From assembly GCA_045540295.1 (NCBI GenBank), contig JAZQGY010000015.1, positions 523 through 64,522 of the forward strand: a DNA stretch of 64,000 bases, read 5' to 3'. The position numbers and the translations under genes were made by a program. Numbering within the stretch: the first letter of the stretch is position 1; the number at the start of each line of letters is the position of its first letter. This DNA is from Clostridia bacterium (GTDB taxonomy: Bacteria; Bacillota; Clostridia; UMGS1840). Below are positions 9,939 through 18,189 of the stretch, in pieces. The notes beneath the pieces were generated by a model. The model had not been told where the DNA came from. It saw nothing but the letters and a program-made list of their open reading frames with translations, and ran no database searches.

Positions 9939-10715
9939 TTAAAATGATCCGCCACCGCCACCGTGAGTCCTGCCGGAAGAGGAGGTGTGAGAGGAGGAGT
10001 TGGAGGAGGTTTCTTTTTTCACCCGGGTCACATGGCTATATAAGAAAATATCTCTTGCCATATCTAAGTGATAGCTTCCCGGTTTGATATAATTTTGGGC
10101 ATAATCGTTTGTTACTGCCGTGTTCATTTTGGATAACTGAATCTTCATCATAATAAATGCCAAAATCAGCGGAATTCCAACGGCACAGCCTATCACAATG
10201 GCAACATATCCCCAGTCGGTTTCGTGGTAGGGAGTGCCATTTCTTGCCATAGAAAGCAATTCATCCGAAAGGTCAGCAAAAACTTTCATTGCCTGGTAAT
10301 AGTCTTCGTTTTTTAAGTGAGGCTCTACTTCCCGTTTCAGATATTCAATGGCATCGTCATTGAAAGCGGTTCTGCCGTATCCGTGGGTGGAAAAATGATA
10401 CTCTCTTTCCACGGTAGAAATGTAGAACAAAATACCGTCATCATTGGGACCGACACCATATTCTAAATCATCATATAAATCGTCTGCAGACGCTTCTGCA
10501 GTGCTGCTGTAAAATTCTTCGTCTAAAATAATTGCCACATCACAATCATACTGATTGCGAATCGTTTCCAACCTTTCGCAAAGTACCTCCCACTCTTCGT
10601 AGGTTAAAAGATCCGGCATATCAATCACCGGAGAAATTTCCTCGTCGGCAAAAGCAGAAGTACTTACAGTGAGGCACATGAGTAAAACAAAGAGCACAGA
10701 TAAAATTCGTTTCAT
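9939..10715 (-). CDS. TPM-domain membrane protein (YdjH/YgcG-like)
   Basis: Signal peptide, TPM-like domain, a single TM helix and a Ser/Gly tail ending in HGGGGGSF. Confidence 0.7.
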   Translation of the reverse strand: MKRILSVLFVLLMCLTVSTSAFADEEISPVIDMPDLLTYEEWEVLCERLETIRNQYDCDVAIILDEEFYSSTAEASADDLYDDLEYGVGPNDDGILFYISTVEREYHFSTHGYGRTAFNDDAIEYLKREVEPHLKNEDYYQAMKVFADLSDELLSMARNGTPYHETDWGYVAIVIGCAVGIPLILAFIMMKIQLSKMNTAVTNDYAQNYIKPGSYHLDMARDIFLYSHVTRVKKETSSNSSSHTSSSGRTHGGGGGSF

Positions 10716-10727
10716 ATCCTCACCCCC

Positions 10728-11807
10728 CTACTTTAACATCAGATATGCAATCACTGCACAAACGGCAGCTGCAATGCCTGCAATTTTCCAAAAATATTTC
10801 CACTTTTTCTTTTTATCCACAGGATATTTTCCAACCACTTTTCCGGTCTGTCCATTGATAGCATACTGATAATTCTGATCCTGATACTTAATGTTCAGCA
10901 TCCACACAGGCAACAATGCATAGCGGGTTTTTCCGTCTGAGAAGCTGACATGAGTCTGGTCAGGGAACACGCTGGTATAACCGACGGTGGTATCGCGGAA
11001 AGCGCTAACAGTGGAATTTTTTACCCGTTCGTTGGCACGGCTGATGCTATCCTCGTGAGACACATCGTATTTATCTGCCAGGTATCCGGAAAGATAAGCA
11101 CCGTTAAATTCCACGGCATCGTTATAATCAAAAGGTTCCACCGCTTCCATATAGGCATCGTCTGCCTTTTTGGAACCGTCCACGGGGATGTTGGCAAAGC
11201 CCACGCCGCCCTGACGGAGCAGTTTATAGAAATCGGTTTTGGTGTAACGGTAGTTGGAATCGCTCCAGGTGGTTACACGCTGTGCGTCGTAGGTCAGATA
11301 GGCATCGCAGTCACAGTCAAACATCCAGAACGGCACATACACCCCTGCCATTTCTTCAATTTTACGTTTGTCTCGGAAGCTGTCCGGCAAAAAAGGTGCT
11401 TTGTTGGCGGCTTCTTCAAATGCTGCCATTGCCGCTTTTTTATCCACTTTGAAGGGAATGATGTAGTCCGGGCGAAGGGTACCTTCAAACTGCCCTTTCA
11501 CAATGGTAGACTGTCCGCAATAGGGGCAAACGGTTGCACCTAAAGTGTCATCCCCTGTAATCTCTGCACCGCAGGACTTACAAGAATAGTTTACCAGATT
11601 GATATTGCCGTCCGCTTCATAGTTTCTTGGTTCATAATGCTCCCAGTCGTATTTGGATTCCTTGGTTGCCCCTTCCATTCCCTCATTCATCTGACGAATG
11701 GAGTCTAAGGAAAAGGAATTGTCACAGGAATCACAGTGCAGTTCTTCCCCTAAAAAAACCAGGGGTGCTCCACAGCATGGACATTTATAACTGTTCATGG
11801 TATCCAT
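10728..11807 (-). CDS. Double zinc-ribbon membrane-anchored protein (YdjG-like)
   Basis: YKCPCCGAPL..HCDSCDNSF and YSCKSCGAE..VCPYCG ribbons, plus a C-terminal TM helix. Sits immediately upstream of the TPM gene, as in the B. subtilis ydjGH arrangement. Confidence 0.65.
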   Translation of the reverse strand: MDTMNSYKCPCCGAPLVFLGEELHCDSCDNSFSLDSIRQMNEGMEGATKESKYDWEHYEPRNYEADGNINLVNYSCKSCGAEITGDDTLGATVCPYCGQSTIVKGQFEGTLRPDYIIPFKVDKKAAMAAFEEAANKAPFLPDSFRDKRKIEEMAGVYVPFWMFDCDCDAYLTYDAQRVTTWSDSNYRYTKTDFYKLLRQGGVGFANIPVDGSKKADDAYMEAVEPFDYNDAVEFNGAYLSGYLADKYDVSHEDSISRANERVKNSTVSAFRDTTVGYTSVFPDQTHVSFSDGKTRYALLPVWMLNIKYQDQNYQYAINGQTGKVVGKYPVDKKKKWKYFWKIAGIAAAVCAVIAYLMLK

Positions 11808-11915
11808 AGTCGGTTCCTCCTACCGGTTTTGTTTCTTCGCTTTTTGATTTGCTTCCTACGGAAGCAAAATACTGTTGTATTAATTGTATGTTAGCATAAT
11901 TTTTCCCGTTTGTCG

Positions 11916-11984
11916 CCACACTTTTGATGAAATTGGTGTGGGATTTTACACTTTTTTCCAAAAAAGTGTGGGGAAAAGTGTGGG
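11916..11984. promoter_or_regulatory. Cluster of CACACTTTT / AAAAGTGTGGG repeats (operator-like) upstream of the ydjG-like gene
   Basis: CCACACTTTT at 11916. Perfect 10-bp-arm palindrome ACACTTTTTT cc AAAAAAGTGT at 11948-11969. Two tandem AAAAGTGTGGG at 11963-11973 and 11974-11984. Confidence 0.5.
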
Positions 11985-11991
11985 ATGCACC

Positions 11992-12309
11992 CTATTCTAC
12001 CACTTCAATATAGAAGCTGACAGGACGAAATCCGTCATTACAGGAAATCATGGCAGACTTCGGATTTTTTATCCAGCCGTCATAGAAATTCCCCCCGCCA
12101 CGGGCTAATTCCTTTACAAAGAATTCCATACTTTCCCAGGCACTCTGACAAAGATTTTCCGGTTTTTTGGCATCATAGGAGAAAAACACATCTCCCACCT
12201 TGATATCGCAGGTATGCTCTATGGGATTTTCATACTGCGCCATCAAATCCGTGTACTCGGTTTGTTTAACCGCCGTAATTTTACAAGTTTTTAAGGCTTT
12301 ATCCTGCAT
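11992..12309 (-). CDS. TIGR04076-like small protein
   Basis: The conserved part starts at MQDKALKTCKITAVKQTEY. ATG 12309 overlaps the upstream gene's stop by 11 nt. I treat the longer track ORF (to 12432) as an artefact. Confidence 0.6.
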   Translation of the reverse strand: MQDKALKTCKITAVKQTEYTDLMAQYENPIEHTCDIKVGDVFFSYDAKKPENLCQSAWESMEFFVKELARGGGNFYDGWIKNPKSAMISCNDGFRPVSFYIEVVE

Positions 12310-13843
12310 ACATAACTCCCTCAAACATCTCTTCCATACGGTAACCGTCCACCGTGGGCAGATGGTCATCAAATACCACTTCTTTGCGACAGAGTGTGCC
12401 ATCTTCCAATAACAGCCAGATATAGCGGTCATTGTCGGTGGCGTAATAGGTCACCTGTTCCCCTTCGGCTACAGTTACAGTGCCTTTTGCAGAATGGGTT
12501 TTCTTATCATATAGCTCTGCACTAAAATCATGAAGCACCGTAAAAACAAAACGGGCTTCATCCGGAAACTGATAAAAAGGGTCATCAGATACGGCAACGC
12601 CGTGGGTTTCCACACGATATTCCCGATAGCCGGTCACGGTACTTGCCATTTGAGTGCGAACACTCATCCAAAAAGAATCGGGATTGGTCAGCACATCGGA
12701 AACAAAATACATATCTTCTGCGTTGTGATAGTGATACCTCATACCGCCATCCATTACACCGGTATGTTCCACATCTTCACCCAAACGGTAGCAATGGGTT
12801 TCGGTGTAGTCATTTTCCATGGTATTCTGCGCATAAAGATAGTATTCCCCTTCACTGGTTTTTAAGAAGGTGACCACGGTATCAAAGGCGTAAATTTCAA
12901 AGTCATAGTCGGTACCGTTTAAGGTAACGGTCAAGGTTTCAGCTGCACCGTCATACAAACCGAAGGTATTCCATGAGATGCTATCTGCTTTACCGTCATT
13001 TGTCACATCGTCATAGAAATTGCAATCTTTTGGAAGCTGCACACCATAGGAAACAGGAACCATCTGATATTCTTCTTTCACAAGGTCGGGATATTCCGAA
13101 AAAGTCAGTGTTACCTGCTGACAGCCGTAGGCATAGGCAGCAAGGTCATAAGGATTAAAATAGAAGGTGATACCGTTATAATCCAATGTCCAGGAAATCA
13201 CATCTTCTGCTTCAATCCAATCATCAAGGTTGGCTTCTCCATCCCAGATTTCGTCGGGATGGGCTTCCGAAAGCTCTGCCCAAATCAAATCAGAAAGTCC
13301 GTCTTTTTTGGTTACCACATCAGACAGAGTCAGCAATTCTCCGGTGGCAACATCATAGCTTTCACCCCAAAAATAAGGAAAACCGTGTGCGCCTCCGGTG
13401 TATGTATAGCCGTTATGCAGAATGCTTAACACCTTGGTGTCTGCACGGCGGACAAATGCCTGCTCCGTAGATTCATAGGGGTAAAAATAGTCGGAATTTT
13501 CCGAAAAATTCTGTTTGGCATCCTCTTTATTGAGATTTAAAAAATCCAACTTATTGGTACGCTTGCCTTCATAGAGTTCTTCCAGCATTAAATTCATTCT
13601 CTGATAAGCTTCTTCGCCATCCCCGGCTATATGGATATAGGGATAGCCCACCTTTACACAAGGAAGATAGCTTCCGTCTCCGTATTCCCAGATTTCACCG
13701 TATCCGCTGACAAGTTGCAGGGTTTCGGTATGCCCCGGGCGGGAAGGTGGCTGGGTGGTTGGCTCTTTTGAAGGCTGAGACCCACAGGAAGAGAATCCCA
13801 TCAGTATCACCACACATAATAAAAGGGAAACCAGTTTTTTCAT
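12299..13843 (-). CDS. DUF3298/DUF4163-type lipoprotein (RsiV/PdaC-like domain)
   Basis: MKKLVSLLLCVVILMGFSSCGS lipobox. YTYTGGAHGFPY motif typical of DUF3298. The start is taken at the MKK; the track ORF extends to 13879. Confidence 0.65.
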   Translation of the reverse strand: MKKLVSLLLCVVILMGFSSCGSQPSKEPTTQPPSRPGHTETLQLVSGYGEIWEYGDGSYLPCVKVGYPYIHIAGDGEEAYQRMNLMLEELYEGKRTNKLDFLNLNKEDAKQNFSENSDYFYPYESTEQAFVRRADTKVLSILHNGYTYTGGAHGFPYFWGESYDVATGELLTLSDVVTKKDGLSDLIWAELSEAHPDEIWDGEANLDDWIEAEDVISWTLDYNGITFYFNPYDLAAYAYGCQQVTLTFSEYPDLVKEEYQMVPVSYGVQLPKDCNFYDDVTNDGKADSISWNTFGLYDGAAETLTVTLNGTDYDFEIYAFDTVVTFLKTSEGEYYLYAQNTMENDYTETHCYRLGEDVEHTGVMDGGMRYHYHNAEDMYFVSDVLTNPDSFWMSVRTQMASTVTGYREYRVETHGVAVSDDPFYQFPDEARFVFTVLHDFSAELYDKKTHSAKGTVTVAEGEQVTYYATDNDRYIWLLLEDGTLCRKEVVFDDHLPTVDGYRMEEMFEGVMYAG

Positions 13844-13910
13844 AAGCATTCTCCTTATTTTAAAAAAAGCCCGAACCATGGATTATGATTCGGGCTCATT
13901 TGGCTTTTGA

Positions 13911-14285
13911 TTACTGTTTTTGGAAGGTCATTTCAGAAGTGCCTTCAATTGCAACCAGGGTATCCCCCTTCACGGTCAGAACCAGCGGATCAGCAGGTCC
14001 TTCACCAACTGCAGTAAAGGTAACAGTGTCGCCTTCCTGAGCCCAGGTGATTTCAATGTCCATACCGCCGTTTCCGTAAACACCGGTACCGTCTTCATTT
14101 AAAGTAAACTGTAATTCAGCAAACATTTCAAGGTCCAGTTCTTCGCCGTTGTCGGAAGCACCAACTAAAACGTAAGAACCTACAATAGATGTGTCTGCAG
14201 GAGTTGCTGATTGTTTGTTATTCTGGCAAGCTGCTAAGGTAAACACCATCAGAACTGCCAATAGGAGCGCGGTTAACTTTTTCAT
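13911..14285 (-). CDS. Small lipoprotein (paralog of 5523..5867)
   Basis: MKKLTALLLAVLMVFTLAAC, then FTLNEDGTGVY motif. GGAGG lies 9 nt upstream of ATG 14285. Confidence 0.6.
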   Translation of the reverse strand: MKKLTALLLAVLMVFTLAACQNNKQSATPADTSIVGSYVLVGASDNGEELDLEMFAELQFTLNEDGTGVYGNGGMDIEITWAQEGDTVTFTAVGEGPADPLVLTVKGDTLVAIEGTSEMTFQKQ

Positions 14286-14381
14286 GTGTTTCATCCTCCA
14301 AGATTTTTGTGTGAGTCTTTTCCTCATCATTATAATCCATTCCCTAAAAAAAAGCAAGTATTTTTCAAATTTTGTCGCATT

Positions 14382-14768
14382 TTAATGGCAACCGTGATTA
14401 CCGCAGGTATGTCCGCTGCAGGAATGTCCTTCTCCGTGATGATTACAGGTTACGTTGGGATTAAACGCAAGGCTTTCGCTAAGATATGCCGCTACTGCCT
14501 GATCGCAGTCTCCCTTAACACCGCCGAAGAATCGGATACCTGCACTCGTCAGCGCATTCTGTGCGCCTCCACCGATTCCGCCACAGATTACTACACTAAC
14601 ACCGAGGTCTTTTAAAAACCCGGACAGTGCCCCGTGTCCGTTTCCGTTGGTGGAAACCACTTGGGAAGAAATCACCTGTCCGTTTTCAATTTCATAAATT
14701 TTAAACGTTTCGGTGTGCCCGAAATGCTGGAACACCTGATTGTTTTCGTAAGTAACTGCAAGTTTCAT
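14382..14768 (-). CDS. NifB/NifX-family (dinitrogenase FeMo-cofactor-binding fold) protein with a Cys/His-rich tail
   Basis: MKLAVTYENNQVFQHFGHTETFKIYE.. and VVICGGIGGGA. Tail is CNHHGEGHSCSGHTCGNHGCH. Confidence 0.7.
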   Translation of the reverse strand: MKLAVTYENNQVFQHFGHTETFKIYEIENGQVISSQVVSTNGNGHGALSGFLKDLGVSVVICGGIGGGAQNALTSAGIRFFGGVKGDCDQAVAAYLSESLAFNPNVTCNHHGEGHSCSGHTCGNHGCH

Positions 14769-14893
14769 AGTAAAAATCCTTCTTTCTATTTATCTTTGAT
14801 GATTTGATTATAACACAGAATTCAATAAATGTAAAGAGATTTCTCTTGCATTTTAAGCTTCGTTATGCTACAATAAACCAAAGAGGTGAAGCC

Positions 14894-15766
14894 ATGTTAA
14901 CCGGTGAAATTTCGATATTAAATTGGCTGGAAAGCCTGCGAACACCAACCTTGAATACCATTATGGAAGCAGTTTCCTTTTTGGGAGAAGACACGGTGTT
15001 AATCGTGTTGATTTCCATTTTATATTTTATGTTTCAAAAAGAATCTGCCTATCGAATTTGTTTTGTAACCGTCTGTTCTTTGGGATTAAACGGAATTGTA
15101 AAGAATATTTTTAAAATTCCACGTCCCTTTGCCACGGGGCAAGTGACCTGTGTCCGACCGGAAACGGCAACGGGATATTCCCTCCCCAGCGGTCACACGC
15201 AGAATTTTGCCACCTGGACCATTGCTGTTGCCAAAATTCTGAAAAAGCCGTGGGTTTGGTGTGTGGTGCTGGTTTTATCCGCTTTGATGGGCTTTTCCAG
15301 AATGTACTTAGGGGCACACTATCCTTCTGATGTGGCGATTGGCCTTCTGCTTGGAATTTTGGTGGGAGTATTCGGAAGTATTTTGTATGAAAAAGCAAAA
15401 AATCAAAAAAAACTATTGTTACCCGTATTGTTGGGAATGGTTGCCTTTGCTCTGCTTTTTTTGGGAACTCCCGACCCCCACTATGCCGACTATTTTAAAT
15501 GCGTAGGTCTGATGGGTGGACTGACAGTTTCCTCTGTTTTAGACAGTCATTACGGCACAATGACTTATGACGTTCCCTTTTATAAGAAACTGATTCGGGT
15601 AGTGGTAGCATTAGTTCTTGCCTTACTGTTAAAAAAAGGAACGGAGCTGATTGCTTTCCCAAACAATCTGTCTTTGTCTCTCATCTGGGACTGTATCCGG
15701 CATTGGATTCTCATCACGCTGGTGTTTGGCGTATATCCCCTGTTATTACCGAAAATCAAATGTTAA
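14894..15766 (+). CDS. PAP2-family phosphatase (membrane)
   Basis: KIPRP, PSGH and SRMYLGAHYPSD motifs. Start taken at ATG 14894, behind AGAGGTGA. Confidence 0.8.
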   Translation: MLTGEISILNWLESLRTPTLNTIMEAVSFLGEDTVLIVLISILYFMFQKESAYRICFVTVCSLGLNGIVKNIFKIPRPFATGQVTCVRPETATGYSLPSGHTQNFATWTIAVAKILKKPWVWCVVLVLSALMGFSRMYLGAHYPSDVAIGLLLGILVGVFGSILYEKAKNQKKLLLPVLLGMVAFALLFLGTPDPHYADYFKCVGLMGGLTVSSVLDSHYGTMTYDVPFYKKLIRVVVALVLALLLKKGTELIAFPNNLSLSLIWDCIRHWILITLVFGVYPLLLPKIKC

Positions 15767-15774
15767 GGAGAATC

Positions 15775-16305
15775 ATGATGAACGAAATGAATTTTTACGA
15801 ATTGGCAAAAAACCGTTACTCGGTGAGAAATTTTAAGCAAACGAAAGTTTCCAAAGAAATTATCGACAAAATTTTAGCCTATGGGCATATTGCTCCCACA
15901 GGTTGTAATATTCAACCTCAGAGAATTTTGGTGCTGGATTCCGATGAGAACATGATGAAACTGCAAAACTGCACCAAATGTCATTTTGATGCACCGTTAG
16001 CCATGTTAATCTGCTATCATAAAGAAGAAGGCTGGACCCGTCGGTATGACGGTGCCAAATCCGCCCCCGTGGACTGTGCCATTGTGACCACCCACCTGAT
16101 GCTGGGTGCCTGGGAATTAGGCATTGGCTCCTGTTGGGTAATGAGCTTTGACCCTGCAGCAATGAGAGAGGCCTATCAAATTCCCGATGAATTGGAACCT
16201 GTGGCCCTTTTGGTGATGGGTTATCCCGCTGAGGACAGCGTTCCCAATCCCCGCCACGAACAAGTGCGTCCCACGGAGGAAATTGTCAGCTACAATCAGT
16301 TTTAA
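15775..16305 (+). CDS. Nitroreductase family protein
   Basis: NRYSVRNF, PTGCNIQPQRI and SCWV motifs. AAGGAG upstream of ATG 15775. Confidence 0.8.
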   Translation: MMNEMNFYELAKNRYSVRNFKQTKVSKEIIDKILAYGHIAPTGCNIQPQRILVLDSDENMMKLQNCTKCHFDAPLAMLICYHKEEGWTRRYDGAKSAPVDCAIVTTHLMLGAWELGIGSCWVMSFDPAAMREAYQIPDELEPVALLVMGYPAEDSVPNPRHEQVRPTEEIVSYNQF

Positions 16306-16308
16306 GGC

Positions 16309-16337
16309 TTGACAAATTATGAAATCTCTGCTATACT
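16309..16337 (+). promoter_or_regulatory. Sigma-A type promoter (TTGACA-17-TATACT) for pnuC
   Basis: TTGACA at 16309-16314 and TATACT at 16332-16337, with a 17-nt spacer. Confidence 0.75.
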
Positions 16338-16343
16338 GTCACT

Positions 16344-16444
16344 AATCGAATATCAAAGACCTCTGCCACCGGGTAGAGGTCGTGCGGAAGCATTCGGCAT
16401 ACAGCGTTAGGTCTTTAGAAGTTGTATGTACGGGTGCTTTTTTG
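16344..16444 (+). promoter_or_regulatory. Structured leader with an intrinsic terminator upstream of pnuC (candidate riboswitch/attenuator, class not recognised)
   Basis: Hairpin GACCTCT..AGAGGTC. Then a long stem GCATTCG-CATAC / GTATG-CGGGTGC followed by TTTTTT (16390-16443). AAAGACCT at about 16357 can pair instead with AGGTCTTT in the terminator loop. Confidence 0.5.
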
Positions 16445-16456
16445 TTGGGAGAAGCT

Positions 16457-17143
16457 ATGAAACAGATATTATGTTATTTCAAACCAAGAGAATGGTGCCT
16501 CTGGGGCGGCTCGGTGGGAGTTCTCATCTTATCCTATTTGTTGTTTTGTCAGGAAAGCTTGTTGACGCTTGTCGCCTCGCTGCTTGGCGTCACATCCCTC
16601 ATATTCTGTGCCAAAGGAAATCCCATAGGACAAGTGATGATGATTGTATTTGGCTCTATCTACGGATTTATTTCCTATCAGACACACTACTACAGCGAAA
16701 TGATTACCTATCTCGGTATGACCGTCCCCATGGCAGTCTACGCTTTAATCTGTTGGCTGAAAAATCCGTACCAGGGAAAGAAATCACAAGTGGAAGTGAA
16801 TCACATCAAGGGGTGGGAATGGTGTTTTTTAACCCTCTTAACCGCCACGGTGACTATGGTCTTCTACTTTGTGCTAAAATGGCTTCATACCCCTAATCTT
16901 TGGTGGAGCACCTTATCTATTGCCACAAGCTTCGGTGCCTGCTACCTGACCGCACGGCGAAGCCCCTACTTTGCCCTGATTTATTCCCTAAATGACATTG
17001 TGCTGATTGTGCTTTGGATCATTGCATCGGTAACGGACCCTAACTACCTTTCGGTGGTCATTTGCTTTTTGGTGTTTTTGGTGAATGACCTGTATGGCTT
17101 TTTTAACTGGAAAAAAATGTGGAAGCGGCAACAAAACCTATAA
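16457..17143 (+). CDS. pnuC: Nicotinamide riboside transporter PnuC family
   Basis: 7-TM ORF with a PnuC-like C-terminal NDxYGFxNW motif (VNDLYGFFNWKKM). Start taken at ATG 16457. Confidence 0.75.
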   Translation: MKQILCYFKPREWCLWGGSVGVLILSYLLFCQESLLTLVASLLGVTSLIFCAKGNPIGQVMMIVFGSIYGFISYQTHYYSEMITYLGMTVPMAVYALICWLKNPYQGKKSQVEVNHIKGWEWCFLTLLTATVTMVFYFVLKWLHTPNLWWSTLSIATSFGACYLTARRSPYFALIYSLNDIVLIVLWIIASVTDPNYLSVVICFLVFLVNDLYGFFNWKKMWKRQQNL

Positions 17144-17147
17144 ATCA

Positions 17148-17460
17148 TAACCACTAGTAAACTAGTGGTTTGACTGGCCCCTAGAAGGGGCTATTACAGG
17201 CTTAACCCCTCAAAGGGGTACTGAATTATTTTATTGCATTACACGCACTGCAACCCGTAAACGGGTTAAAAAGGCTCCCTTGTGCAAAGGGAGCTGGCGA
17301 ACGAAGTGAAACTGAGGGATTGTCACAACCCCTCCGAGTTTTACTTCGCAAAACCCACCTCCCCTTACACAGGGGAGGCATTTATCTGCTAAAGCTTTTT
17401 AGCCTCCCCCAGTAGAACTGGGGGTTTATTTCCACGCCTAAAGGCACCAACAAAAAAGCA
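17148..17460. repeat. Array of about 8 short GC-rich hairpins (REP-like) between convergent genes
   Basis: ACCACTAGT/ACTAGTGGT, GCCCCT/AGGGGC, ACCCCT/AGGGGT, AACCCG/CGGGTT, GGCTCCCTT/AAGGGAGC, CCTCCCCT/AGGGGAGG and CCCCCAG/CTGGGGG. The terminal terminator is AAGCAGATT/AATCTGCTT. Confidence 0.8.
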
Positions 17461-17499
17461 GATTCGTCATCAAAAAACCAATCTGCTTTTGTTTTTATG

Positions 17500-18111
17500 T
17501 TATTCTAACTCAATTTTTCCAAAAAATTCGGGACGGTGGAAATCCGGCTTTTCGGTGCCGATGAAATTCCAACAACCCCAATGAGGTGCCTCACACAGCT
17601 CACAAAGCTTCTGGAAGTTTCCTGTCCAGGAGGAGGAAATTTGGGGATAATAATTCGTAAGTAAAGTATTCGGGATATAGAATTTTGCTTCCCAGCCACC
17701 GTTTTCGAGTATCCGGGTATCAATGTGCAGCATATCAAAATCGATGTACTGCAGTTCCCGGTCAAATCGGTCGGAGCCGATACCAAAGAGCATAAACCCT
17801 GTTACACTCAGCTCAAAATTCAAGTATTTATCGGTAGCTTCGGGAGCGGCATTCAAAAAGATTTCCACACAACTGTCTAAATACACTTCGGTGTTCATTC
17901 CCTGGGATTTTCCGATGGGGGTTTTTTCGTCGCTATAAAACTTCATCCCGATGCCGTTTTCGTCTTTTAACATATAAAAGTTGGTTCTGACGGTGTCTTC
18001 CGGCTTGTTCCAAGGGTAGTTTGCAATACTGCCCTCGTTTGCTTCCTGCCAAATGGGACTGTCAATAGGAAGGTCCACCAAGGCAACTTTTTTTACGGTA
18101 TAGGTATTCAT
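17500..18111 (-). CDS. Carbohydrate-binding family 9-like / DOMON-like cytoplasmic protein
   Basis: 203-aa ORF. The resemblance to CBM9-like proteins (YLNFELS...GNF...) is judged by eye only. Confidence 0.45.
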   Translation of the reverse strand: MNTYTVKKVALVDLPIDSPIWQEANEGSIANYPWNKPEDTVRTNFYMLKDENGIGMKFYSDEKTPIGKSQGMNTEVYLDSCVEIFLNAAPEATDKYLNFELSVTGFMLFGIGSDRFDRELQYIDFDMLHIDTRILENGGWEAKFYIPNTLLTNYYPQISSSWTGNFQKLCELCEAPHWGCWNFIGTEKPDFHRPEFFGKIELE

Positions 18112-18151
18112 AGTATTTCTCCTTGTTGTAAATTACAGAGTTTCCGATTCC

Positions 18152-18180
18152 AAAAAAGCCCTGAGAACCAGGGCTTTTTG
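18152..18180 (-). terminator. Intrinsic terminator after the guaA-like gene (bidirectional shape)
   Basis: AGCCCTG agaac CAGGGCT, flanked by an A-run and a T-run. Confidence 0.75.
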
Positions 18181-18189
18181 TTTGCGATA

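Noticed and set aside
11992-12432. The full 146-aa version of the ORF, overlapping the DUF3298 gene by 134 nt.
   Set aside because: The N-terminal 41 residues (MTAISGCYWKMAHS..) are Cys/Trp-rich and read antisense-like. The conserved TIGR04076-like sequence starts at the internal ATG 12309.
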